A stretch of 32,000 nt of DNA from Methylorubrum extorquens. GTDB lineage: Bacteria; Pseudomonadota; Alphaproteobacteria; Rhizobiales; Beijerinckiaceae. Where the stretch lies: positions 120,001 to 152,000 of the forward strand of contig LT962688.1 of the NCBI GenBank assembly GCA_900234795.1. The letters are read 5' to 3'. Positions 9,058-17,615 of this stretch are shown one piece after another. Under the pieces are notes generated by a model, which saw nothing but the letters and a program-made list of their open reading frames with translations, did not search any database and was not told where the DNA came from. Numbering within the stretch: position 1 is the stretch's first letter; every line of letters begins with the position of its first letter. The translations under genes and the position numbers were made by a program.

Positions 9058-10041
9058 TCAGTCGCGGTACGGCCGTAGCAGCGCATTCTCCTCTTCCGGG
9101 CGGCCACGGCCGGGATCCAGGGCCTCGTAGCGGCGCGAGCGGGCTGCGACATGGGCGCGGCTCAGGCGGTGCTCGATCCCGCCGTGGAGGCTGATGAAGC
9201 TCTCGGGCCAGCCGCCGGCGAGAAGCGGTCGCTCGTGCACCCGACCGGCGTAGCGGACATCGTTGCGGTTCAACCGGTACTGCACGTCCGGGTAGACATC
9301 CGAGAGAACGCCATCGACGCGGTTGAACCGCGCCAGCCCGATCGAGCGGACAGCGCTGGCCTCGGCGAGGGCTACGAGCGCGGGCAGGAGGTGGCCGGTG
9401 GCTGCATCAAGCGTCTCGTCGGCGTCGAGCTGGAGCATCCAGGCATGGCGAGCCTGGGCCTGGAGCGCGTTGCGCTGCGCGGCGAAGTCGCCTTCCAGCG
9501 GCCGGGCGGCTACGTGCACCGCCCCTGCCGGAAACCCGGCGACCGACACCGCGCCGGGCGGGGTGACGTCTGAATCGACCAGGATCGTGATGTCGTCGGT
9601 CCAGCCCGCTTGCGCCGGCAGACCCGCGAGCACCGCATCGACTTCCGACGGACGGCAGAGCAGGCCGAGCGAGACGGAGCATTTGTCCGAACCATCGAGG
9701 GCGTAGAGGGCGGCACGCGCGGCGTGCCCGTCATGGGGATGGCGCAGAGCTGCGCGGCCCTCGGCGTCGAGCGGGCGGATGCCACGTCCGAGCCCCGTGG
9801 CGGCAGTGCGGAGGGTGTAGAGGTCGAGCCCGTAGGGCGCGTCGGGATCGGATTCGAACGTCGTCGCAGCGAGCGCCTCGGCCAGATGCGCACGGCAACG
9901 GGATGCGTCGGCCTCGCGTTCGAGCAGGACGCCGCAGGAGGCGCAGGCGAGCGGAAACAGCCGCCGACGCCCATCCGGGTAGATCAGGTGCCGCTCGCTC
10001 GGCGCGAGCATGTCGGCCGCGCAGACGAAGCATCGGCGCAT
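9058..10041 (-). CDS. glycosyltransferase family 2-like with an N-terminal CxxC...CxxC zinc-ribbon-like segment
   Basis: I placed the start at the ATG at 10041, with GGAG 8 nt upstream (MRRCFVCAADM...LACASCGV). The C-terminal half has GDFAAQRNALQAQARHAWMLQLDADETL, resembling the WaaE/KdtX-type GT2 core with a DADE motif. Confidence 0.75.
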   Translation of the reverse strand: MRRCFVCAADMLAPSERHLIYPDGRRRLFPLACASCGVLLEREADASRCRAHLAEALAATTFESDPDAPYGLDLYTLRTAATGLGRGIRPLDAEGRAALRHPHDGHAARAALYALDGSDKCSVSLGLLCRPSEVDAVLAGLPAQAGWTDDITILVDSDVTPPGAVSVAGFPAGAVHVAARPLEGDFAAQRNALQAQARHAWMLQLDADETLDAATGHLLPALVALAEASAVRSIGLARFNRVDGVLSDVYPDVQYRLNRNDVRYAGRVHERPLLAGGWPESFISLHGGIEHRLSRAHVAARSRRYEALDPGRGRPEEENALLRPYRD

Positions 10042-10783
10042 GGTGATCACTCCGGCGTCCTCGAATCGCGGAGAAGCTCTGGTTGGGTCGGGCTGGCGCC
10101 TTACCTTCGCTGTTCCGCGAGCTTCAAACCCCGAGCCCCTGCCGCAAGTGCCCGCCGACTTCGATCTTCCCGAAGCAGAATGCTTCGCTTTGCCTCCCGC
10201 CGCCTCGCTGGCGATCGTCGGCAATGCACCGGAAATCGGTGCGGCGGCGCGTGAGATCGATGAAGCGGACTGCGTCGTGCGCTTCAACAACGCGGAGGGC
10301 TTCGGTGGCCGCACCGGCTCGCGGGTCACCCACCTCGCTTTAGTGAATCGCGGAGGTCAGATGCGGGAATGGCTGGCGGAGCGGGCCTTTCTCGAGCGGC
10401 CGGTGGTCCGGGCGGCGCAGGCCTTCATCCTGCCGTTCCCGATGCTGACGGCGGAGGAGAACGGTCCCGAGCCGATCTGCTGGACCCGCGAAGCCCTAGC
10501 GCTGCTGCGCCCCACCGGCCGCCCGATCCACATCCTGCCCGAAGAACTCCACGAGCGCGCACGTCGCTTGCTGGCACCCCACACGGCCGGGCGCCCGAAC
10601 CCGAGCACCGGTTTCCTCGTGACGCTTGCGCTCCTGAACGATCGCCCCCTCGAAGCTGCTCCGGCGCAGGCCTACGGCTTCGGGTTCGCTGGCTGGCCCG
10701 GACATCCCTGGGCCGCCGAGCGCGCGTGGTTCGCGGAAGCCCAGGCGGCCGGGCGCGTGCGCCTGCACCCTCTCGCAGATTGA
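10040..10783 (+). CDS. GT29 (sialyltransferase)-like glycosyltransferase; start uncertain
   Basis: The ORF contains LAIVGNAPEIGAAAREIDEADCVVRFNN (sialylmotif-L-like), PSTGFLVTLALL...AYGFGF (motif-S-like) and HPWAAE (motif-VS-like H-x4-E). Codons before about 10190 have low GC3, so the true start may be GTG 10148 or TTG 10190 rather than ATG 10040. Confidence 0.6.
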   Translation: MVITPASSNRGEALVGSGWRLTFAVPRASNPEPLPQVPADFDLPEAECFALPPAASLAIVGNAPEIGAAAREIDEADCVVRFNNAEGFGGRTGSRVTHLALVNRGGQMREWLAERAFLERPVVRAAQAFILPFPMLTAEENGPEPICWTREALALLRPTGRPIHILPEELHERARRLLAPHTAGRPNPSTGFLVTLALLNDRPLEAAPAQAYGFGFAGWPGHPWAAERAWFAEAQAAGRVRLHPLAD

Positions 10784-10793
10784 TCCGCTCATC

Positions 10794-11438
10794 ATGTCCA
10801 CGCTGATCACGGTGCTGAAGAGCGGCGGCCGCTACAATGCGGTCTGGGTCGAGCGATTGGCCCGCGGCGTGCGCCGCCACGCACCGGCCTTCGACCGGAT
10901 CCTCTGCCTCACCGACCTGCCGCTCGCCGTCGAAGGCGTGGAGCGCGTGCCCCTGCATCACGACTGGCCGGCCTGGTGGGCGAAGATGGAAGCATTCCGC
11001 CCCGGCTTCACCGAAGGCACGACGCTGCTCTGCGACCTCGACACCGTCCTCACCGGCCCAGCCGGCGTCCTGGCCGAGCCCGGCCTCGCGGCGATGGAGG
11101 ACTACTTTCACAAGGGCCGCCTTTCCAGCGCGCTGCTGCGTTGGTCCGGGGACGAACTCGCTGGGCTCTACGAGCGCTTTGCGGCCGAGCCCGAGCGCTG
11201 GATGACGGCCGGGTCCTGCGGCCCGGTGCCCAACGCCGTGCACGGCGATCAGGTCGTCATCGACCATCTGCTGCGCGAGGCAGGCATGCGCCCGAGCTTC
11301 TTCCAAGACATCGCACCGGACCTGCTCGACTTCTACGATCCCCGACGCGCCGCTCACGGCCCTGTCGTGATCTTCATCGGTGAGTCCAAGCCGGACACCG
11401 TCCGCGGACCGGTCCACGAGGCCTGGGCCGGCGCTTGA
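10794..11438 (+). CDS. hypothetical protein, possible small GT-A-fold nucleotide-sugar transferase
   Basis: 214-aa GC3-rich ORF starting 10 nt after the GT29-like stop. It has MSTLITVLKSGGRYNAVWVERL at the N-terminus and a DxD-like LLCDLDTV. The family assignment is weak. Confidence 0.55.
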   Translation: MSTLITVLKSGGRYNAVWVERLARGVRRHAPAFDRILCLTDLPLAVEGVERVPLHHDWPAWWAKMEAFRPGFTEGTTLLCDLDTVLTGPAGVLAEPGLAAMEDYFHKGRLSSALLRWSGDELAGLYERFAAEPERWMTAGSCGPVPNAVHGDQVVIDHLLREAGMRPSFFQDIAPDLLDFYDPRRAAHGPVVIFIGESKPDTVRGPVHEAWAGA

Positions 11439-11655
11439 GACGCGCAGCTCGGCGCGAACGGCGCTCCGACCGGGGTGACAGCCGATCGGCGTCTGGCGAA
11501 TGGCGATTCTTCTTCCATCATCCTCAACAGCAGGCCGCCGAAAGAGATTTGGACGCTCACCGCTCAGCCGAACCAGAATCCGGGGGACCCTCGATGATCC
11601 CTTCCGCCGCGCGGGCGTTGATCGGTTCGGGTGATGTGGCGGGAGGATGCGAGCC

Positions 11656-11895
11656 ATGACGAAGCTTTTCATCGCGCGGGTGCGCAACGCTGGCGGTGAG
11701 CGCCCCCTCGTGACCGTGCGGGCCGCAGCGGAGGGCGAGGCGCGCCTGTTCGTCGAGGCGGCCTACCCCGAGGACGAGATCGTCGAGATTACTGAGCCCG
11801 GCGAGTGGGTGAGCGACAGCGACACGGGTACGAAGAACGGCGATGTGCGCGAGCATCCGGGCACCGCGTGGCAGGCGCCGACGAGCCGGGCGTAG
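11656..11895 (+). CDS. hypothetical small protein
   Basis: GC3-rich ORF. GGGAGG lies 9 nt upstream of the ATG at 11656 (MTKLFIARVRNAGGERPLVTV...). I recognise no family. Confidence 0.5.
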   Translation: MTKLFIARVRNAGGERPLVTVRAAAEGEARLFVEAAYPEDEIVEITEPGEWVSDSDTGTKNGDVREHPGTAWQAPTSRA

Positions 11896-11904
11896 CGCGC
11901 GGCC

Positions 11905-12261
11905 ATGTCCTGCCTACCCGAGGATGTCCGCGCCCTTGCGCTGATGCTGCCGGAAACGGTCGAGGGCGCGCATCAGGGCCATCCGGATTACCGGGTCGGC
12001 GGGCGGATCTTCGCCACGCTCTGGACCGATGAGGCGCGGGTGGTCGTGCGGCTGACGCCCGAGGCGCAGGCGCTGTGGCTGGAGGCCGAGCCGGACGCGT
12101 TCGAACCCGTGCCGGGCGCCTGGGGCGCACGCGGCTGGACGAGCCTCGAACTCGATCTTGCAGAAGAGGAGACCTTGCGCGGCGCGCTTCTGACCGCTTG
12201 GCGGATCGTCGCGCCGCCCGGTCTCGTTGCCCGCTACGAAGGTCTCGCGCTCGACCCGTAA
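11905..12261 (+). CDS. MmcQ/YjbR family DNA-binding protein
   Basis: 118 aa. The pattern LPETVEGAHQGHPDYRVGGRIFATLW...WGARGWTSLELD is typical of the YjbR/MmcQ (DUF419) family. Confidence 0.8.
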   Translation: MSCLPEDVRALALMLPETVEGAHQGHPDYRVGGRIFATLWTDEARVVVRLTPEAQALWLEAEPDAFEPVPGAWGARGWTSLELDLAEEETLRGALLTAWRIVAPPGLVARYEGLALDP

Positions 12262-12268
12262 GTGTGGG

Positions 12269-13891
12269 TCAGCTTCTCAGCCCCGGCGCTTCCTGGCCGG
12301 TGCTCGCCACGTATTCCGAGTAGCCCCCGCCATACTGGCGGATCCCGTCCCCGGAGACTTCGAGCACCCGGTTCGAGAGGGCGGCCAGGAAGTGTCGATC
12401 GTGGCTCACGAACAGCATCGTGCCCTCGAAGCCCGCCAACGCGTTGATCAGCATTTCCTTGGTGGCGATGTCGAGGTGGTTGGTCGGCTCGTCGAGAACG
12501 AGGAAGTTCGGCGGGTCGTAGAGCATCTTGGCCATCACCAGCCGCGCCTTCTCGCCGCCGGACAGCACGCGGCAGGGCTTCTCGACGTCGTCGCCGGAGA
12601 AGCCGAAGCAGCCGGCCAGCGCCCGCAGCGAGCCCTGGCCCGCCTGCGGGAAGGTGCTCTCCAGATCCTCGAACACGGTCAGGTCGCCATCGAGCAGGTC
12701 CATGGCATGCTGGGCGAAGTAGCCGAGCTTGACGCTGCCGCCGACGGCGACCGTGCCGGCATCGGGCTGCGCCGTGCCGGTGATGAGCTTCAGCAGCGTC
12801 GATTTCCCGGCGCCGTTGATGCCCATCACGCACCAGCGCTCCTTGCGGCGGATCGCGAAGTCGAGGCCTTCGTAGATGATGCGGCTGCCGTAGCGCTTGT
12901 GTACGCCCTTGAGCATCGCGACGTCGTCGCCCGAGCGCGGCGCCGGCTGGAACTCGAAGGCAACGGTCTGGCGGCGGCGCGGCGGCTCGACCCGCTCAAT
13001 CTTGTCGAGCTTCTTCACCCGGCTCTGGACCTGCGCGGCGTGGCTGGCGCGGGCCTTGAAGCGCTCGATGAACTTGATCTCCTTGGCGAGCATCGCCTGC
13101 TGGCGCTCGAATTGCGCCTGCTGATGCTGCTCGTTCAGCGCCCGCTGCTGCTCGTAGAAGCCGTAATCACCGGAATAGGTGGTGAGCGTGCCGCCATCGA
13201 TCTCGATGACCTTGGAGACGATGCGGTTCATGAACTCGCGATCGTGCGAGGTCATCAGCAGCGCGCCGTCATAGCCTTTGAGGAAGGCTTCGAGCCAGAT
13301 CAGGCTTTCGAGGTCGAGGTGGTTGCTCGGCTCGTCGAGCAGCATCACGTCGGGGCGCATCAGCAGGATGCGGGCGAGCGCGACACGCATCTTCCAGCCG
13401 CCCGAAAGCCGGCCGACATCGCCGTCCATCATCTCCTGGGAGAAGCCGAGTCCGGCCAGAACCTCGTAGGCGCGGCCTTCGAGCGCGTAGCCGTCGAGTT
13501 CCTCGAAGCGGGCCTGCACCTCGCCGTAGCGCTCGATCAGCGCCTCCATCTCGTCGGCCCGGTCGGGATCGGCGAGACCGGCCTCCAGCTCCTTCAGCTC
13601 GGCCGCGACGACGCTGACCGGGCCGGCGCCGTCCATGACTTCGGCGACGACCGTGCGGCCGGCCATCTCGCCGACATCCTGGCTGAAATAGCCGATGGTG
13701 ATGCCGCGCTCCGAGGAGACCTGCCCCTCGTCGGGCTGCTCCTGCCCGGTCATCATCCGGAAGAGCGTGGTCTTGCCGGCGCCGTTCGGGCCGACGAGGC
13801 CCGCCTTCTCGCCCTTCTGAAGGGCGGCGGACGCCTCGATGAAGACGATCTGACGACCGTTCTGCTTGCCGATCTTGTCGAGGCGAATCAT
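12269..13891 (-). CDS. ABC-F family ATPase (two ABC cassettes, no transmembrane domain)
   Basis: 540 aa with two Walker A sites (GPNGAGKTT, GINGAGKST), two signature motifs (LSGGWKMR, LSGGEKAR) and an inter-domain linker. Its size and architecture resemble YbiT/Uup-type ABC-F proteins. Confidence 0.95.
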   Translation of the reverse strand: MIRLDKIGKQNGRQIVFIEASAALQKGEKAGLVGPNGAGKTTLFRMMTGQEQPDEGQVSSERGITIGYFSQDVGEMAGRTVVAEVMDGAGPVSVVAAELKELEAGLADPDRADEMEALIERYGEVQARFEELDGYALEGRAYEVLAGLGFSQEMMDGDVGRLSGGWKMRVALARILLMRPDVMLLDEPSNHLDLESLIWLEAFLKGYDGALLMTSHDREFMNRIVSKVIEIDGGTLTTYSGDYGFYEQQRALNEQHQQAQFERQQAMLAKEIKFIERFKARASHAAQVQSRVKKLDKIERVEPPRRRQTVAFEFQPAPRSGDDVAMLKGVHKRYGSRIIYEGLDFAIRRKERWCVMGINGAGKSTLLKLITGTAQPDAGTVAVGGSVKLGYFAQHAMDLLDGDLTVFEDLESTFPQAGQGSLRALAGCFGFSGDDVEKPCRVLSGGEKARLVMAKMLYDPPNFLVLDEPTNHLDIATKEMLINALAGFEGTMLFVSHDRHFLAALSNRVLEVSGDGIRQYGGGYSEYVASTGQEAPGLRS

Positions 13892-14272
13892 GCGTCCGCG
13901 AGGCCTGGTTGGTGGTCTGGGGGCGGTGTGCCGGGAAGGGAGCGCTCGCGCCTTACGCCAAGGGCGCGGCGAGCGGAAGCAGAGGGGCTTCAGGGCAGGT
14001 CCGCTTCAGGCGACCACGAGGTTTTCGGTCGCCGGTGCCCGACAGACCAAGGAAGGCGAGCAAGCGACCGGATTTTATCGGTGAGGCAAATCGAGTTCGG
14101 TTAGTGGCTATCGAACCGAATTCAAAAAGACATCATATGTTGTAAGTGGTCATCGGCGCCAAATTATCCGTAGAGTTGCAGCTTATTAACCGTGCCTGCC
14201 TCACATCATTGTGATCCGAGGCGACCGGGGCCGCGCGCGGATACTCTTTGACGGTCCCCGCGACGCGAACAG

Positions 14273-15970
14273 ATGCGCTGGTTCACAAATCTCAAGCTGA
14301 TCGGAAAACTCGCCATTCCGGTGGCCCTGGTCGCGCTGGTCGCGGCCGGCATCGTCGGTCTGGCGCGGAACACGCTCGACCAGTTGCAGCGCGGGACTCA
14401 GGAGGTCGTCGATGTGCGCGCGGCGCGGGTCATCACCGCCTTGCAGACCGCGCTCGCCATCGACGAGGCCGTGATCAGCGAGAAGAACATCATCCTCGAG
14501 ACCGACGCCTCGATCCTGTCGGCGCAGCGCGAGCGGTTCGAGGCATCGCGGGCGCGGGCGCTTGCCGGCGCAGACCACTTGATCGCCATCGCGGATACCG
14601 ACGCGCGCCGGGCGATGCTGACCGAGGTCAAAGCGACGATTTCCGGCTTCTTCGCGACGGTCGAGCGTTCGATCGCCCTGGGACTGAAGAACCAGAAGGA
14701 GCAGGCGTTCAAGGTCTCTGCGGATGAGGTGCGCCCGGTCCGGACAAAGGCGATCGAGGCGATCCAGAAGCGCATCGCGGCCAATATCAGCGATCTCGAG
14801 GATGCTAAGCGGGAGGCCGCTGAAATCGGCTCGTCCGCCGCCCTAGCGCTGACGGTCATCGCGGTCGTCGGCCTGCTGCTGGCCTTCGGGTTACTCGGGG
14901 TGATCGTGATCGTGGGCGTCGTGCGCCCCATCGGCCGGCTCGTGCGCGTGCTTCAGCGGATGGCCGAAGGCGAGATCGAGACCGAGATCGCCGAGGCGCG
15001 CCGCGGCGACGAGATCGGCGCCGTCGCCCGCGCCGTCGAGGCCATCAAGGCGCTCGTGGCGCGCAAGGCCGCCGAGCAGGCGGAAATGAAGCGCGTGGCG
15101 GATGAAGCCGCGGCGATCGAGCGCCGCCGCACCATGATCGAGTTGGCCGACGGCTTCGAGCGTGCCGTCGGCGGTGTCGTCGGGATGGTGTCGTCCTCCG
15201 CCACCGAGCTGCAGGCGACCGCCCAGCAGATGACCGCGACCGCGACCGAGACCGCAAGCCAATCGACCACCGTCGCGGCTGCGGCGGAGGAGGCGGCCTC
15301 CAATGTCGGCACAGTCGCCGCCGCCGCGGAGGAACTCGGTGCCTCGGTTCACGAGATCGGCCGGCAGGTCGGCGCGTCGGCGGACATGGCGCAGCGCGCC
15401 GTCGGTGAGGCGGACCACAGCGCCGCCCTCATCCATGAATTGAGCCAAGCCGCGGCGCGGATCGGCGACGTGGTGAACCTCATCGCCACCATCGCCAGCC
15501 AGACCAACCTGCTCGCGCTCAACGCCACCATCGAGGCGGCGCGGGCAGGGGAGGCGGGGCGTGGCTTTGCCGTGGTCGCAAGCGAGGTGAAGGAACTTGC
15601 CGCGCAGACCTCGCGGGCGACGGAGGAGATTTCCGGGCAGATCGCGCAGATCCAGGGTGCCACCGGCCAGGCAGTGACGGCGATCGGCGGCATCACCGGG
15701 CGCATCCGCGAGATCAACGCGGTGGCGACGACGATTGCCGCGGCCGTCGAGGAGCAGGGGGCCGCGACCCAGGAGATCGTGCGCAACGTCTCCCAGGCGG
15801 CCGTGGGCGCGGGCGAAGTCACCAGCAACATCGCGGGCGTGGCGCAGGCATCGGAGGAAACCGGAGCCGCCGCCACGCAGGTTCTGGCCTCGGCCTCGGA
15901 GCTTTCGCAGCAATCCGAGCATCTGCGGGCGGAAGTCGCGCGCTTCCTCGCGACGGTGCGCGCGGCCTGA
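14273..15970 (+). CDS. methyl-accepting chemotaxis protein (two TM segments, HAMP and MA signalling domains)
   Basis: 565 aa. It has an N-terminal TM segment, a second TM followed by a HAMP domain ([20 protein letters not shown]), and the conserved hairpin [37 protein letters not shown]. Confidence 0.95.
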   Translation: MRWFTNLKLIGKLAIPVALVALVAAGIVGLARNTLDQLQRGTQEVVDVRAARVITALQTALAIDEAVISEKNIILETDASILSAQRERFEASRARALAGADHLIAIADTDARRAMLTEVKATISGFFATVERSIALGLKNQKEQAFKVSADEVRPVRTKAIEAIQKRIAANISDLEDAKREAAEIGSSAALALTVIAVVGLLLAFGLLGVIVIVGVVRPIGRLVRVLQRMAEGEIETEIAEARRGDEIGAVARAVEAIKALVARKAAEQAEMKRVADEAAAIERRRTMIELADGFERAVGGVVGMVSSSATELQATAQQMTATATETASQSTTVAAAAEEAASNVGTVAAAAEELGASVHEIGRQVGASADMAQRAVGEADHSAALIHELSQAAARIGDVVNLIATIASQTNLLALNATIEAARAGEAGRGFAVVASEVKELAAQTSRATEEISGQIAQIQGATGQAVTAIGGITGRIREINAVATTIAAAVEEQGAATQEIVRNVSQAAVGAGEVTSNIAGVAQASEETGAAATQVLASASELSQQSEHLRAEVARFLATVRAA

Positions 15971-15990
15971 ACTAAGCCCCACGCGAATTG

Positions 15991-16025
15991 AAAAAGGGGA
16001 CGCCTCACGGCGTCCCCTTTTTCGT
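15991..16025. terminator. bidirectional rho-independent terminator between convergent genes
   Basis: The sequence AAAAAGGGGACGCC-tcac-GGCGTCCCCTTTTT forms a perfect 14-bp stem with an A-tract on one side and a T-tract on the other. It lies 21 nt after the MCP stop and 60 nt after the stop of the minus-strand ORF 16085-16303. Confidence 0.85.
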
Positions 16026-16084
16026 TCGTCGAGGGAGTTTCGAAGGGGGTCACTGAGCGCCGGCAACCCCGATCGAACGGTGCC

Positions 16085-16303
16085 TCAGCCCGGTACCTTC
16101 TTATGGGTCACGGCGGCGGCCACTTCATCGGGCCGGACCTCGTCACCGGCCACCGCGCCCGAAAGCGCCGCGGCGTGAAGGGCCAGTACGGGCACGAAGA
16201 CGAGCGCCATCATCAGCGCCACAACGAGCACCACGCTGCCGTTACCGCCGGATTTCGCCGCGCGGGAGCGCGCACGGCGGGAAATGACATTGGAGTCAGT
16301 CAT
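16085..16303 (-). CDS. hypothetical small membrane protein
   Basis: 72 aa with one clear hydrophobic helix (VVLVVALMMALVFVPVLALHAAAL). AGGTGA precedes the ATG, and the bidirectional terminator lies downstream. Confidence 0.5.
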   Translation of the reverse strand: MTDSNVISRRARSRAAKSGGNGSVVLVVALMMALVFVPVLALHAAALSGAVAGDEVRPDEVAAAVTHKKVPG

Positions 16304-16630
16304 GGCTCACCTTTTTGTCGGACCAGCCGCCAAGGCCGGTCGCGGGTGAGCCGGATCAGACGATCAGGCGCAGAACACGCGGGTGGCCGAAGGCGGCGTG
16401 GTCGATCGACTACTGTCGTCGGGCATTGGGGTCGGAAGTTCCTGTGGAGCCGCGCATCGCGCGCACGGCGACGATGAGCAGACAACGCGCGCTTGCAGGA
16501 TCGGTTCGATCCCGTCAAGTCCGAACGTCGTTGCGCGCTGTGAATATGGGCGGTCGTCGCGTTCCGACATCATCGGCGATCGGCGGCGGACCTGCGCGAA
16601 CGTGTGCAGTGCAACTCGCGTTGGGACACC

Positions 16631-16888
16631 ATGTCGAACGACACGATCATCTGGACGCAGGGCGGCATCGCCGAGGTGCCCCTGCAGCGCTTCACCGGCC
16701 GAATCGGCGCGATCGAGGTCGCCACCGTCGAGTATGACGGGTCGAACCGCCTGTGGACGTGGTGGAGCCCGCTCGCCGAGGACATCTGGGGCCATGCGCA
16801 GGAGCCGGAGGGGGCCAAACAGGCCGCCGAACTCTGGCTGCGCAACTGGCTGGAGAATTTCCGGCCGTTCTTCGAGGCGGGCCGCTGA
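16631..16888 (+). CDS. hypothetical protein
   Basis: GC3-rich ORF starting at the second ATG (MSNDTIIWTQGGIAEVPLQRF...WLRNWLENFRPFFEAGR). I recognise no family. Confidence 0.5.
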   Translation: MSNDTIIWTQGGIAEVPLQRFTGRIGAIEVATVEYDGSNRLWTWWSPLAEDIWGHAQEPEGAKQAAELWLRNWLENFRPFFEAGR

Positions 16889-16893
16889 ACACA

Positions 16894-17508
16894 TCAGGCG
16901 GCGACGGGCGCTGCGTCCCGGCTGCGCCACATGTAGCGGGCGAGGATCGAGCGGTACGGCGCGAACTGCGCGGCCACCGCGACCGTATCCTCAATCCCTG
17001 CGAGCCGCCGCAGGACGCCGACCGCGGCCACGTCGCCGACAGGCCAGATATCCGGATCGAGAAAGTGGAAGATGCCGACCATGTCGGCGGTCCACGGCCC
17101 GACCCCGCGGATACGGCACAGAACGGCCGAGCGCTCGGCATGCGGTAGCGTCGCGAGTTCCGGGCCGAGCAGGCCGGCCTCCTCGGCCTGGCGGATGGCG
17201 TGGAGCGCGCGCACCTTGTTCGCCGAAACGCCGCAACTGCGCAAAAGAACCTCGGTGCCGGGAATGAACAGATCGCGCGGCGTGCCGTCCTGAGCCGCGG
17301 CGGCGGCCTCGATCCGCGTCCAAATCGAGAGGGCGGCCCTCGTCGAGAGCTGCTGGTTGACGACTTCGACGAACAGACGCTCGGCCAGGCTGGCATGTGC
17401 GGGCGGCGCGATCTCGATCCGGCCGATTGCCGCGATGGCGGCTCGCAACGGCTCCGCGACCGTGGCGGCCGTTCCGAGTATCCTTTCGTAGATAACTGCG
17501 TCGAGCAT
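16894..17508 (-). CDS. DNA-3-methyladenine glycosylase II family protein (AlkA-like, HhH-GPD)
   Basis: I placed the start at the ATG at 17508, preceded by AGGAAG. The helix-hairpin-helix/GPD region reads LCRIRGVGPWTADMVGIFHFLDPDIWPVGDVAAV. Confidence 0.85.
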   Translation of the reverse strand: MLDAVIYERILGTAATVAEPLRAAIAAIGRIEIAPPAHASLAERLFVEVVNQQLSTRAALSIWTRIEAAAAAQDGTPRDLFIPGTEVLLRSCGVSANKVRALHAIRQAEEAGLLGPELATLPHAERSAVLCRIRGVGPWTADMVGIFHFLDPDIWPVGDVAAVGVLRRLAGIEDTVAVAAQFAPYRSILARYMWRSRDAAPVAA

Positions 17509-17615
17509 CTTCTTCCTGGGGCGACGATGACCACCGCCGGGAAACGCCCGGCACCGTCCGCCGCTCCGCCTTCCCGCCTCCCCGTTTGACCCGCAGCGGC
17601 CGCGCAGTCCCTTGC

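Noticed and set aside
10425-11687. 420-aa minus-strand ORF
   Set aside because: It is antisense to the GT29-like and following ORFs, has low-complexity Arg/Gly/Ala composition, and spans an intergenic region.
12227-14104. 625-aa plus-strand ORF
   Set aside because: It is antisense to the well-supported ABC-F gene and has no motifs.
13909-14145. 78-aa ORF in the ABC-F/MCP intergenic region
   Set aside because: It has no ribosome-binding site and a basic low-complexity translation, and it crosses the AT-rich promoter region. It is probably non-coding.
14891-16066. 391-aa minus-strand ORF
   Set aside because: It is antisense to the MCP gene and would run through the strong terminator hairpin.
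16383-17267. 294-aa Arg-rich plus-strand ORF
   Set aside because: It overlaps the better-supported small ORF at 16631-16888 in another frame and lies antisense to the AlkA-like gene. Its composition is a high-GC artefact.
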